Below are positions 27,173 through 36,031 of a stretch of DNA of 36,955 bases, piece by piece. Under the pieces are notes generated by a model that did not search any database, had not been told where the DNA came from, and saw nothing but the letters and a program-made list of their open reading frames with translations. Within the stretch, counting starts at the first letter, position 1. Each line of letters begins with the position of its first letter. This DNA is from a virus (taxonomy: Duplodnaviria; Caudoviricetes): positions 1 to 36,955 of the IMG/VR virus record IMGVR_UViG_3300014160_000348. One strand, written 5' to 3'. A program made the position numbers and the translations under genes.

Positions 27173-27336
27173 TCCACACGGCGCGATGAGTAGCCCAGAG
27201 TCGTCTTGCCTTCTTTCAGGCTGCCAGCACTACAGGCACAAGGCCCAGGTCACTGCTTCCCAATGCTCTACTATCCGGCCCGGCATCACGGGCGGCGCCT
27301 TCCGTTTCCTAGGACAGGCAAGCGCGGCCAAAATAG

Positions 27337-27501
27337 CTATTGCTTCTTTGCAGCTACGGTCTTTCTCGGACGTCCGCCCTGGGATCCATTGGCCCGGGCG
27401 GCATCAGCTTTCGCGGTAGACGTGGACTTGCCGCCCTGGGATCCAGAGTGACAGGCGAAGTGCCCGGCGGGCACCGTCTTTTTACAAAGAGGACATTTCA
27501 T
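27337..27501 (-). CDS. 54-aa basic protein with CxxC and GGRP motifs (not in the ORF track)
   Basis: Hand translation: MKCPLCKKTVPAGHFACHSGSQGGKSTSTAKADAARANGSQGGRPRKTVAAKKQ*. Its ATG overlaps the upstream TGA (ATGA). Confidence 0.8.
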   Translation of the reverse strand: MKCPLCKKTVPAGHFACHSGSQGGKSTSTAKADAARANGSQGGRPRKTVAAKKQ

Positions 27502-27758
27502 GGTATTAAGCCCAAAAGTGAGCGCGTTACCGCGATATGATCCCCAAGCCGACTGGACTTGGAAAGCTCGGATTCAGCCACACCGGGGAGGCTCCATAGC
27601 TCGCTCTCGGGGGCGTGCGCCTCAAGAGTGCTGACAACAGCCAGAGCGGCCGTTGCATATCCGCGCTGAGCCTCCCTGTTGACGGAATAGGCACGGTATT
27701 CACGCCTCATCCGCTCCAGGAGTTCAACCCACGCCTCACGATATAAAGTGCCATTCAC
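27498..27758 (-). CDS. 86-aa helical hypothetical protein, probably leaderless
   Basis: GTG at 27758 coincides with the predicted +1 of the adjacent promoter; reads (M)NGTLYREAWVELLERMRREY... Confidence 0.65.
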   Translation of the reverse strand: MNGTLYREAWVELLERMRREYRAYSVNREAQRGYATAALAVVSTLEAHAPESELWSLPGVAESELSKSSRLGDHIAVTRSLLGLIP

Positions 27759-27764
27759 AGACCA

Positions 27765-27793
27765 AGAATAACCCAAGGCGTTGGGTTTTGCAA
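27765..27793 (-). promoter_or_regulatory. Sigma70-type promoter with a palindromic operator in the spacer
   Basis: Minus strand TTGCAA-N17-TATTCT. AACCCAA-CGCC-TTGGGTT (27770-27787) fills the spacer, and the region is locally AT-rich. Confidence 0.7.
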
Positions 27794-27822
27794 TGGAAAA
27801 ACGCGCACAGACAAAGAAAGTT

Positions 27823-28389
27823 TTACAAAGCATCCAAATGCCTATCAACATTGGTTGCGGGGGCCTCGTTGCCCCACACATCCCAGCCCGGCATTGCCTG
27901 GCGCGCGAAGAGCTCGATGCGCGGCACGTCGCCAAGCAACTGCACAAGCCGGTCCCGCGCTTCGTCCGGCTTCCGGCTGTGCTCGCGGACCTGGGCGTTG
28001 ATAATCTGCCGCACCGAATGGCTGACAGGTTTTGGGTGCCCGCGCACGGCGAACAGGCAATCCTCGCTATTCGCCCGGGTCCAGTGCCCCATGCCAAAGT
28101 GCTCCAGCCCTCCGCGCGTAAGCTTGCGCCAGGTAAAACCCTTCATGGTCTTGAGTTGGAAACCCCAGGCACTCACCACTGTCAAAGCCTCCACCGGCAT
28201 CGGCGGTACCCACCACATCGCCAAAAAGCAGTCTCTGGCCGCAACGTCATCGATAAACCCGCGAAGGAGGCATAGTTCCTCAATACTCATCACGGAGTAT
28301 TTGTGGCAGGCCCCGCGCAGGCCGGCGTTGCACGAATCGCGGTACTTCCACGGCGGGTCAGCGTAAATGATGGAGTAGGGCGTTGTCAT
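27823..28389 (-). CDS. MT-A70 family adenine methyltransferase
   Basis: IIYADPPW, WGF, FTWRK, GMGHWTRANSE, HSRKP and IELFAR..GWDVWGNE. Confidence 0.93.
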   Translation of the reverse strand: MTTPYSIIYADPPWKYRDSCNAGLRGACHKYSVMSIEELCLLRGFIDDVAARDCFLAMWWVPPMPVEALTVVSAWGFQLKTMKGFTWRKLTRGGLEHFGMGHWTRANSEDCLFAVRGHPKPVSHSVRQIINAQVREHSRKPDEARDRLVQLLGDVPRIELFARQAMPGWDVWGNEAPATNVDRHLDAL

Positions 28390-28619
28390 TGTTGCACCCC
28401 TCCCACCACGCCCTTGCCGCGGACGATCCGAAAATCATGCCTCTGAATCCAGGCCGCAGCAGCAGCCGTTGAGGCCGTCTGGTTGTTCTGATGCTCCCTC
28501 CCAGCCATCTCAAAGCCACAGGCCCGCATTTGGTACACGAACTTGGTCGATACCTGGAGGGCATTAGCCAGTTCCTTAACGCACAGTTTGTCCGATTGGT
28601 TCAAGCGAACTCCTTCCAT
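28386..28619 (-). CDS. Small HTH DNA-binding protein
   Basis: LCVKELANALQVSTKFVYQMRACGF. Confidence 0.7.
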   Translation of the reverse strand: MEGVRLNQSDKLCVKELANALQVSTKFVYQMRACGFEMAGREHQNNQTASTAAAAAWIQRHDFRIVRGKGVVGGVQQ

Positions 28620-29368
28620 ATCTGCTCAGCATACTGAGCCGGGGTTGTCCGGACCCGTCCCTCCCTTATTGCCGATTCTACTTCGGCAACCGCCCGCTCC
28701 GCCTTGCCGCATTCCTCCTTGCATCGGTTCACCCATTTTCCCGCGTCGTTGAGCCACTGGGCTGCGAGGGCGTTCTCAAACCGCTCCACAGCCTCACGTA
28801 CGCGCGGCGGCAGCTTTTTCGCCTTGGTCGCCTCACCCGCCTTGATCGCCCAGGAATCGCTCAGAGCTTGGTCGCCTTTCTCGCCATTGGCCTTTCTCGC
28901 GTCCCCATGGTCGGGCGCCAGTCCCGGTACCGGATGTCCTTCCGACAAAGGTTCAAAGCTTTGTCGCTTATCCCTTATAAGACTTAAGGGGGTTGTGACG
29001 CCAGCCGCACCGGGAGGCGCACAAGCACCGCACGCCCGCGAGCGCTGCATGCGTAACTTGTTGGCGTTGCGCTCCCTAGCCTCCCTTTGCATCCGGCGAT
29101 TAGTGAGCGACACAACGCCGTCACGCTCCGTAACATTGGCGGTATTTGTGGTCTTGAGTTCATCCAGTGCGTGGGCAAGTTCGACAGCTGAGCAACGGCC
29201 AAGTCGGGCGAGTTGTTCGCGCGACCCGGCGATAACACCACAGCGATCCAGCTTGTGCATAGCGCACAGGAGGTCCACCCAGATACCGCGAGTCGCCGCC
29301 GAACAGATCGACAGCGCCGGATCGGATAGCCACTCATCAACCGCAAAATCCATGCAGGGATACTTCAC
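28601..29368 (-). CDS. Phage replication initiator (DUF1376/YdaU-like N-terminus)
   Basis: YPCMDFAVDEWLSD...RGIWVDLLCAMH...NRRMQRE. Confidence 0.75.
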   Translation of the reverse strand: MKYPCMDFAVDEWLSDPALSICSAATRGIWVDLLCAMHKLDRCGVIAGSREQLARLGRCSAVELAHALDELKTTNTANVTERDGVVSLTNRRMQREARERNANKLRMQRSRACGACAPPGAAGVTTPLSLIRDKRQSFEPLSEGHPVPGLAPDHGDARKANGEKGDQALSDSWAIKAGEATKAKKLPPRVREAVERFENALAAQWLNDAGKWVNRCKEECGKAERAVAEVESAIREGRVRTTPAQYAEQIWKEFA

Positions 29369-29371
29369 AGG

Positions 29372-30070
29372 TCACCTGCCGAGAAGCCTGGCCAGGTTAG
29401 TCTTTCTGCGGATCTCAATTCTGGCCGCGCCCAAGGCGCCGATCAGGTCCCGCACCTTATCCGGGCTTGGCTCCGGAAGCCCAGCGCCCTTGCTATCCGC
29501 GCCGATGTTTACAAACTCCGGGCGAATTAACGCGATGGCCGCAACGAGCCGGTCAACGTCAAAGTCAAGAATCGGTTCGATGGTCACGAATCGACGCAGA
29601 GCGCTGGGCAGGCTAACCATGCCAGCCACACGCTCAGTTGGCGCTGGCGCATCCCGCATAACCTCGGGAAAGTGCCGATTGCTCTCGATGGTGGTTCCGA
29701 CTAAAGCAGTCGAGGGCAGGTCGCCAACGAAGTGAGGCAATCTAGAGGGGTTTTTGCTTTGGAACACGTAGGCGTTGTCGGGGTACTGCCTACAGTGGTC
29801 CAGGATGCACCCGATCCACTCCTTGTTGATCGCCGAGGCAAACAGGTCTCCCATGTGCTCAACGAAGATGGTCTTTCCCGAGCCGTAGCACACGTGCAAC
29901 TCATCCGCCACGAGGCGCGGAGGCCCCGCATAGTGCAGCCTCATGCTAGCAAACCTCCGCGCCATCGCCTGCACGTAGCAATACGAGCAGCGGTGCGGAC
30001 ACTCACCCTCCAGGTGCGCATGTGTGTGCGTGACCCAGGGGTACATATTACCGGCGGATTTTTTCAACAT
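29372..30070 (-). CDS. Radical SAM-like protein (DUF5131/Gp37Gp68-like)
   Basis: CPHRCSYCY (CxxxCxxC), IFVEHMGDLF, SKNP, GTTIES and TIEPIL. Confidence 0.85.
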   Translation of the reverse strand: MLKKSAGNMYPWVTHTHAHLEGECPHRCSYCYVQAMARRFASMRLHYAGPPRLVADELHVCYGSGKTIFVEHMGDLFASAINKEWIGCILDHCRQYPDNAYVFQSKNPSRLPHFVGDLPSTALVGTTIESNRHFPEVMRDAPAPTERVAGMVSLPSALRRFVTIEPILDFDVDRLVAAIALIRPEFVNIGADSKGAGLPEPSPDKVRDLIGALGAARIEIRRKTNLARLLGR

Positions 30071-30360
30071 AGATCCCTTTCCACCCGACTCCCGACGCCC
30101 ACGCTCCCGGCAAGGGCCATCTTCGCGTTTTGGTGGACCGGGAGCGTTGGCAAAAGCTGGCGCAGCCGGCTATTGGCCGACCACTGCGGAAGAGGCTCAG
30201 CGCTGACAGACACAACGAGCCCGGTCAGACAGTTCCAAACGACGACGTCCCAAAGCTGCTCTGGCCGTGAGGCAGCGACTTCAGTCCCCTCCGGCGAATC
30301 GGCCGCCGACCGCAGCCTGTCAAACGCAAACGGGAATGCTCCGCGCCGCGACCGCATCAA
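30064..30360 (-). CDS. Hypothetical protein
   Basis: 98-aa ORF filling the gap with short overlaps on both sides; no motif recognised. Confidence 0.45.
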   Translation of the reverse strand: MMRSRRGAFPFAFDRLRSAADSPEGTEVAASRPEQLWDVVVWNCLTGLVVSVSAEPLPQWSANSRLRQLLPTLPVHQNAKMALAGSVGVGSRVERDLC

Positions 30361-31961
30361 CCCACCTCCTCTTCTGCCTGCTTCTGGATACTCAGAAGAT
30401 CAACCCCCGCCAGCCTGGCAAGCTGCGTCCATCGATCCTCATTCCACGGATGCGCGCAGCAGAGCAGTTCTACAGCTATCCCTACGAAGTCCGCAGGGGT
30501 GCGGCTCTCGTCCCCCAGCCAAGCCTCCAGTGCCGGCCGCGCCTCGTTCTGCGACCTGGCCAGCCCGCGCCGCTTGGCAACTTCGGAATGCTTCGCAATG
30601 TCGGTGTACTGGTAGGCGTTCCATGCCAGGAAGCGCCAAACCTCCGCCTTCACCGTCCCAAGGTCCTGCATGACAGTCCTGGCAAGAATGGCCTCCGTAA
30701 CCTTCCACTCATACAGCCGCTGGATCTTCTGCTCCCGCAGCTGCGCCTTCCGATCCTCCTTTGGCTCCTCGGCCTCCGCCGGCAGTTTCCCAAGCTCCTT
30801 CAACACCGCCACCGCGTCCGCGCGCCGAATGAGCTCGTGGACGCCCCCATTCGCGTCCACCGCCAGAACAGTCTCGGGCATCTGCTTCCCGAGGGATTTC
30901 CTCCAGGACTTCCCAACCCCAGCCGCCCAATCGTCAGCATCAACCAGGCTGCGATCTTGCGGGCGGCCACACTCATCGTAAGCCCCCTCAATGACTGTTT
31001 TTCCTTTAGCCTTGGCCTTCGCAATAACCTCAGCGGCGTGGGCCTTGCGCTTGGCCTCAAAGCACGTGGGATTCGTGCAGACGTCTGCACTCTCGATGTC
31101 CGCAAAAAGCTCTTTTTGGTTCCCGGTCCGGTGCGGGCAGGCCGCGCAGGCCCCGGCCTCCGGCACAAGCTTCGCGTCCTTCGTGTTGAACGGCGCTTCC
31201 CTCAGCCGCAGCATGAAACAGCGCTGAATCTCAGCCGCAGCCGTGCGGTAGGCCGCCGGCTCGCCCTCGCAGTCAATGCATCGCTCGAGCGCCTGCACCT
31301 GCAGATCGGGGGCTGGAATGCGCGCCACGAGCAGCGCCAGGCTGGGCGTAAGTCTGCCCTCCACCAACGCCGTTCGCGCCTCAGGGCAAAGCGCCGTGAG
31401 CTTCATCCGCGCATAGACGTAGGCCTTGGACTTCCCCACCTTCGCAGCAATGTCATCGGCCGCGTAGCCGTGCTTGGCCATCAGCAGCTCGTAACCCTCC
31501 GCCTCCTCCATCGGTTGCAGGTCCGCCCGCTGCAAATTCTCCACCACAGCAACCTCTAGCGCCTCCTTGTCCGTGAAATCGCGCACCACGGCCGGTATCT
31601 CTGACAACCCAGCCTCTTTGGACGCGCGCCAGCGCCGCTCTCCGCTCACGATCTCGAACTCCGGCAAGTGCGCCTCAGCCTCCTCGCGCGTCGCGAACTG
31701 CTCCGGTTCCGGACCGGTGTAGCGGCCGCCGCGGGTAAGCCCCCGGTCGAGCACCTGGTAGAACCTGGTCTTCTTCCGTCCGTGGCTGGTGACCTGATCC
31801 ACCAACCAGTCGCCGCCGCGCAGCGGACGCACCAGGATAGGCTGGAGGATGCCGTGAGCCTTCACACTGGCGGCCAGGTCGGCCAGCGCGTCCGCGGCAA
31901 AGTGCTTTCGCGGGTTTGTTTGGGAAGGGACAATCTTTGAGACAGGGATATCCGTAATCAT
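30357..31961 (-). CDS. parB: ParB/Spo0J-family protein
   Basis: NPRKHF, GILQPILVRP, IVSGERRWRAS, ENLQRADL, HTH (IAAKVGKS), then a CAACP...CTNPTCF Cys cluster. Confidence 0.92.
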   Translation of the reverse strand: MITDIPVSKIVPSQTNPRKHFAADALADLAASVKAHGILQPILVRPLRGGDWLVDQVTSHGRKKTRFYQVLDRGLTRGGRYTGPEPEQFATREEAEAHLPEFEIVSGERRWRASKEAGLSEIPAVVRDFTDKEALEVAVVENLQRADLQPMEEAEGYELLMAKHGYAADDIAAKVGKSKAYVYARMKLTALCPEARTALVEGRLTPSLALLVARIPAPDLQVQALERCIDCEGEPAAYRTAAAEIQRCFMLRLREAPFNTKDAKLVPEAGACAACPHRTGNQKELFADIESADVCTNPTCFEAKRKAHAAEVIAKAKAKGKTVIEGAYDECGRPQDRSLVDADDWAAGVGKSWRKSLGKQMPETVLAVDANGGVHELIRRADAVAVLKELGKLPAEAEEPKEDRKAQLREQKIQRLYEWKVTEAILARTVMQDLGTVKAEVWRFLAWNAYQYTDIAKHSEVAKRRGLARSQNEARPALEAWLGDESRTPADFVGIAVELLCCAHPWNEDRWTQLARLAGVDLLSIQKQAEEEVG

Positions 31962-32132
31962 AATCAGTTACCTAACACGCCGCTGTGGGTTTGGTTTATT
32001 TGGACGAGCCAGGGGGCGGCAGCCCTAGCCCGGCCATGAAACTACTTTGAGCCGTCCAACCTGATTCTGATGCATGCTGCGTCCTGAAAGGCAATTCCTC
32101 GCGCACCGTAAGAACGCTATCCTGCAGGACGA

Positions 32133-33002
32133 TCATGATCGGTTTAGAATTTCAGCAATCCAGTTCGCCATAGGGGGGGGGAATGCGTTCCCTGCGGCAT
32201 AAGCCTCTTCAAGGTTGGTCGCATCCAGTCCGCAGCGAAGCCCATGTACCTCAACCTCTCGGGCCCGCTCAACCATCGAACCCCATCCGTCTTCCTCAGC
32301 AACGAAAAGTTCACTGCCCAAATTGATCCGGCTGGAGCATCGGTTAAACTTGTTTGGAGCCGTAAGAGTATAGCCAGCCCAAGAATCCGCTTGTTTTGCG
32401 ATCCAGTTCGAGCCAGGCGATGCAGGTAGCGATTCCACTGGCCTGGCGTCAGATAGAAACTCGGAGCTTGGGTATCGTCCAAGACCCGCGACCAGGAGAA
32501 GGCGGCGGCGCTTTTGGGGGATTCCGAAATATTGAGAGTCAAGCACTCGCCAGAATCCCACATACCCGCATTTGGATAATTCTGCGATGACTGCCTGAAA
32601 GTCTCGGCAATCGTTGATATAGAGCAGGGCCGGCACGTTTTCAACGACCACCCAAGCGGGTTTAAGTGCGGCGACGCACGCCATGATTTCAAAGAAGAGT
32701 CCGCTGCGCTCGCCAGCAAGACCTCGTTTCGACTGGTCTCGCTTAGCCGTCGCCATGTTAGAAATGTCCTGGCAGGGGAAGCCGAAGGCGACGCAGCCAA
32801 CTGGGGACAAGGCAAATGAGCGCCAGTCGCGGAGATCACGGTGTTGCCGGGCCTGAGGAAAGAGATCGGCAAGGACAGTCCGGTTGACGTCGTCCAGTTC
32901 AATCTGCCAGGTTGTTTTCCATCCGGCTTCCTCGAAACCTTTGTCGAAGCCACCAATCCCAGCGCAGATTGTTCCGAGCGTTCTGTTGCTGGTCTCATTC
33001 AC
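32133..33002 (-). CDS. DNA cytosine-5 methyltransferase, alpha polypeptide (motifs I-VIII and X)
   Basis: CAGIGG, GFPCQD, ENVP, PQKRRR and GNAFPPP; motif IX is missing from this frame. Likely GTG start at 33002 after GGGGGAG (ATG 33047 is an alternative). Confidence 0.9.
   Translation of the reverse strand: MNETSNRTLGTICAGIGGFDKGFEEAGWKTTWQIELDDVNRTVLADLFPQARQHRDLRDWRSFALSPVGCVAFGFPCQDISNMATAKRDQSKRGLAGERSGLFFEIMACVAALKPAWVVVENVPALLYINDCRDFQAVIAELSKCGYVGFWRVLDSQYFGIPQKRRRLLLVAGLGRYPSSEFLSDARPVESLPASPGSNWIAKQADSWAGYTLTAPNKFNRCSSRINLGSELFVAEEDGWGSMVERAREVEVHGLRCGLDATNLEEAYAAGNAFPPPMANWIAEILNRS
32144..32998 (-). CDS. C5 methyltransferase beta polypeptide in an overlapping frame (motif IX)
   Basis: 284-codon nested same-strand ORF carrying VRWLSGPERLRYMGFAADW; true start uncertain. 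Confidence 0.75.
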   Translation of the reverse strand: MRPATERSEQSALGLVASTKVSRKPDGKQPGRLNWTTSTGLSLPISFLRPGNTVISATGAHLPCPQLAASPSASPARTFLTWRRLSETSRNEVLLASAADSSLKSWRASPHLNPLGWSLKTCRPCSISTIAETFRQSSQNYPNAGMWDSGECLTLNISESPKSAAAFSWSRVLDDTQAPSFYLTPGQWNRYLHRLARTGSQNKRILGLAILLRLQTSLTDAPAGSIWAVNFSLLRKTDGVRWLSGPERLRYMGFAADWMRPTLKRLMPQGTHSPPLWRTGLLKF

Positions 33003-33048
33003 TTCTCCCCCTTTCCATCCAACATGGCCTGATGCATCCAAGTCCATC

Positions 33049-33432
33049 TCATAGCGTTTCGATTCTCACAATGGTTTCCTGCCTCCCTCTCGTCTCATGC
33101 TGCCCGTATTCCCAAACAATGGTTCCATCCTCATCATCGAGCCCGAACCACCGGGCGATGCAGTCTCGCAACTCTTTGTAGCCGGTGCGGAAGTTGTCGC
33201 CGTCAGTGACGATTCGGCGCCGGCACGAAATGAGAGCAACTCGGAGCACCGGGCCGCCGCGCGCCACGCGGCCGCGGCCCGGGCCTTGCGGTGCGCCTTT
33301 TCGCTCCAGTGCTCCCCCGCCGTGCGGTTGTACGACGGGGGGACAAACCGCACCCGGACCAAACAACTCCGGGTTGCGCCTGCGGACAGATTCGGAGACT
33401 TTGAGCCCATCGAGAGAGCGGAAAGGGTTCAT
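33049..33432 (-). CDS. RusA-like Holliday junction endonuclease
   Basis: RRRIVTDGDN....K.LRD.......DDED acidic catalytic pattern. Confidence 0.65.
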   Translation of the reverse strand: MNPFRSLDGLKVSESVRRRNPELFGPGAVCPPVVQPHGGGALERKGAPQGPGRGRVARGGPVLRVALISCRRRIVTDGDNFRTGYKELRDCIARWFGLDDEDGTIVWEYGQHETRGRQETIVRIETL

Positions 33433-33953
33433 TTCGCAATACTCGGCCAGAACGCTTGGCCGGACTCATCCATCATCAGCGCCGCCTGGCGCCTCTCCAC
33501 GCTCGCGGCTCCCTGGCGTTCAGCAACCACCTTGAACCATCCAAACTCGTAATCGTGCTTGCGCATTTGCAGCACCGGCCGGCCCAGGTCGTCCCGCACC
33601 AGGCCGCGCTTGTCGATCTTTACGCTGATGTGGTGCAGTTCATGGTCCAGCAACGCCTTTTGCTGCTCCTCGGAGGCCGTGTTCCACCAATCACCGTCCA
33701 GGCACACCTCAGCGTCTCCACGGCCAAGAGCCCTATCCTTCAAAGACACCACGCGGGTAACGCCAAGGGCGGGGACGCCATTTTTGGTAATGGCAGGCCC
33801 CTGCTTCACCCCGTCCTTGTCCGCCTTGGCGTAGGCGAACACGAGATCAATGCTCAACTTGCAGTCCAGCAGTGGCCGGTGTGTGTCAAACTGACAGAGA
33901 ACGTCATTGGCTAAATCGCGGACGGACTGACCGCATTTGTGGTAAATAGGCAT
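33429..33953 (-). CDS. Putative phage metallopeptidase
   Basis: ALLDHELHHI (HExxH) plus downstream RKHDYE. Confidence 0.8.
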   Translation of the reverse strand: MPIYHKCGQSVRDLANDVLCQFDTHRPLLDCKLSIDLVFAYAKADKDGVKQGPAITKNGVPALGVTRVVSLKDRALGRGDAEVCLDGDWWNTASEEQQKALLDHELHHISVKIDKRGLVRDDLGRPVLQMRKHDYEFGWFKVVAERQGAASVERRQAALMMDESGQAFWPSIAK

Positions 33954-34037
33954 AGTGATCGAATCTTTGATTTGCCGCCGTTATTCGCCCCACCCCAGGC
34001 GGCGGCCGGCTCTGGGTCGGGATTGGGAGTTGACCAG

Positions 34038-35021
34038 CTACTGAACGAACGGCAGTGCTTTGCAGTTGAACCCGCAAGCGCCTTTGTGACCCCCGCCGCC
34101 CCACTTCACCGCCAGCTTGGACAAATCGATATCGGTCCGGTGTGGTGCGTGGTACAGCGACACCGTCCACTGCCTGCCGTTCCAGTAAAACGCCAGCAGC
34201 CCGTCGTGTTCTGATTTCACCGCGGCTTGGAAGGTGAGGCTGTTGCACCGCGCTGTGTTGAGGCACAGGAAGCGCAGCCCTTCCCAGTCCAGTTCAAAGG
34301 ATCGGTGCAAGACCAAACTGGCGTTTTCCTGCGTCGCGTAGCGCTGTGCCGGCTCACCTGCGGATAGGATGGCCCCCACAGCGCGGTCCCCTACAGTGTC
34401 AGGGCTCAGCATCGCCCGCCACTCATCCTCACCAAGGTCCGAGCAGCGCAGCCCATATTGCAGCGTGTCAGCGCGCGAGTCTCGCTTGTCCCACACATCG
34501 TACTCGCCGGCCAGCCGGACGGCGAGAGGCTCCTGGACGCGCCGTTCCTGGAAGTCGGCCTTGGTGGGAAGCAACTCGGGATTGGCCACGCCAACGTCAT
34601 GCAGGTCCTTGAAGATCTGCCAGGCTAGCCGGCACGCCCCTACGCCGTCGAGTCTATAGCCTGGGATATGCCTCGGGTGTGAGGCAATCGCGGTCGCGTG
34701 GTGGTCTATCCACACGAAGCGACCAGCCTTGACCGCATCGTCGAACGCCACGATCCGATTAGTTGGCGTCTTCTCAGGCCAGATGCACAGCCCGGGAACA
34801 ACCGGATCAAACTTCGCGCCAAAAGGCGTGTCAATGGGCAGGTCCAGGACATAGATCGTGCCCTCCGGAGGAATCTCCAGTGTCGGGTCCCCGTGATTCC
34901 AGCCAATAAACGTGACACCATCTTCCACGAGAAACCGGCGTGCGATCTCGCGGCAGAAAATCCCGTCAAAATCGGCCGAGTGGTGAACGACTGTGGCTGG
35001 TTGTTTCATGCTTTGCTCCAT
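34038..35021 (-). CDS. DHH/DHHA1 phosphoesterase
   Basis: HSADFDG, VLD, WIDHH, YDVW and GGGGHKGACGF. Confidence 0.92.
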   Translation of the reverse strand: MEQSMKQPATVVHHSADFDGIFCREIARRFLVEDGVTFIGWNHGDPTLEIPPEGTIYVLDLPIDTPFGAKFDPVVPGLCIWPEKTPTNRIVAFDDAVKAGRFVWIDHHATAIASHPRHIPGYRLDGVGACRLAWQIFKDLHDVGVANPELLPTKADFQERRVQEPLAVRLAGEYDVWDKRDSRADTLQYGLRCSDLGEDEWRAMLSPDTVGDRAVGAILSAGEPAQRYATQENASLVLHRSFELDWEGLRFLCLNTARCNSLTFQAAVKSEHDGLLAFYWNGRQWTVSLYHAPHRTDIDLSKLAVKWGGGGHKGACGFNCKALPFVQ

Positions 35022-35045
35022 TGTGGTTGCCAGTTCAAAGCTGAG

Positions 35046-35432
35046 CTAAACCGGGTTACTGTCCGGTTCCTGTGGTTGGCTAGCTTGCGCGCCCGGCAGC
35101 GGCTCGTTGTGGGGCAGTGCCAGCAGTCCCGGGTGCTCCGCGCGAATTGCATCGAGCCGGGACTGAGCTTGACGGATCTCGCGATCGAGGCCGCGCACTT
35201 CCGCCTGGCGGGTGCTCAGTTGGTAGAGCTCTTCGAGACTGGCGAGCAGTTGCCGTTTGTGATCCTCGACGAGGCCCTCGGCCCGCGCCTGGAGCTCCTT
35301 GACGGCCTTGGAGGGATCCTCCCCTGGCTCAAGCGTGGCCGTCATGTTGACCCCTGGCCGGAGATTTGAGTAATCCTCATGAGGGTGGTTAAACGTGCGT
35401 GCTGCACTGACGGTTATTTGCGTTATTTGCAC
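35046..35432 (-). CDS. Hypothetical protein (beta hairpin + coiled coil)
   Basis: 128-aa ORF in the operon; GTG start after an A-rich leader. Confidence 0.7.
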   Translation of the reverse strand: MQITQITVSAARTFNHPHEDYSNLRPGVNMTATLEPGEDPSKAVKELQARAEGLVEDHKRQLLASLEELYQLSTRQAEVRGLDREIRQAQSRLDAIRAEHPGLLALPHNEPLPGAQASQPQEPDSNPV

Positions 35433-35467
35433 GTGTGGGTACTTTTGTTTTTTTAGTTACTGCGCTG

Positions 35468-35995
<528 letters not shown>

Positions 35996-36031
35996 GTGAG
36001 AGTTGTGTTTTTTGTGGTGTTGTTGCGGCAA

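Noticed and set aside
27374-27445. Perfect 15-bp direct repeat CCGCCCTGGGATCCA as an att or pac site
   Set aside because: Both copies encode GSQGG within the 54-aa ORF, so coding explains the repeat.
27759-28097. Long version (199 aa) of ORF 27498-28097
   Set aside because: It overlaps MT-A70 and the promoter; only the part from GTG 27758 looks coding.
28704-31559. Long + strand ORFs (343, 313 and 430 aa) and similar antisense ORFs elsewhere
   Set aside because: They lie antisense to well-supported genes in GC-rich DNA and have no motifs.
31996-32136. 46-aa minus-strand ORF (MIVLQDSV...) coupled to the MTase stop
   Set aside because: Short, no motif, and it runs through a hairpin; insufficient support.
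32133-33047. Methyltransferase as a frameshifted pseudogene
   Set aside because: Both frames are fully open and the motif distribution matches the known alpha/beta split.
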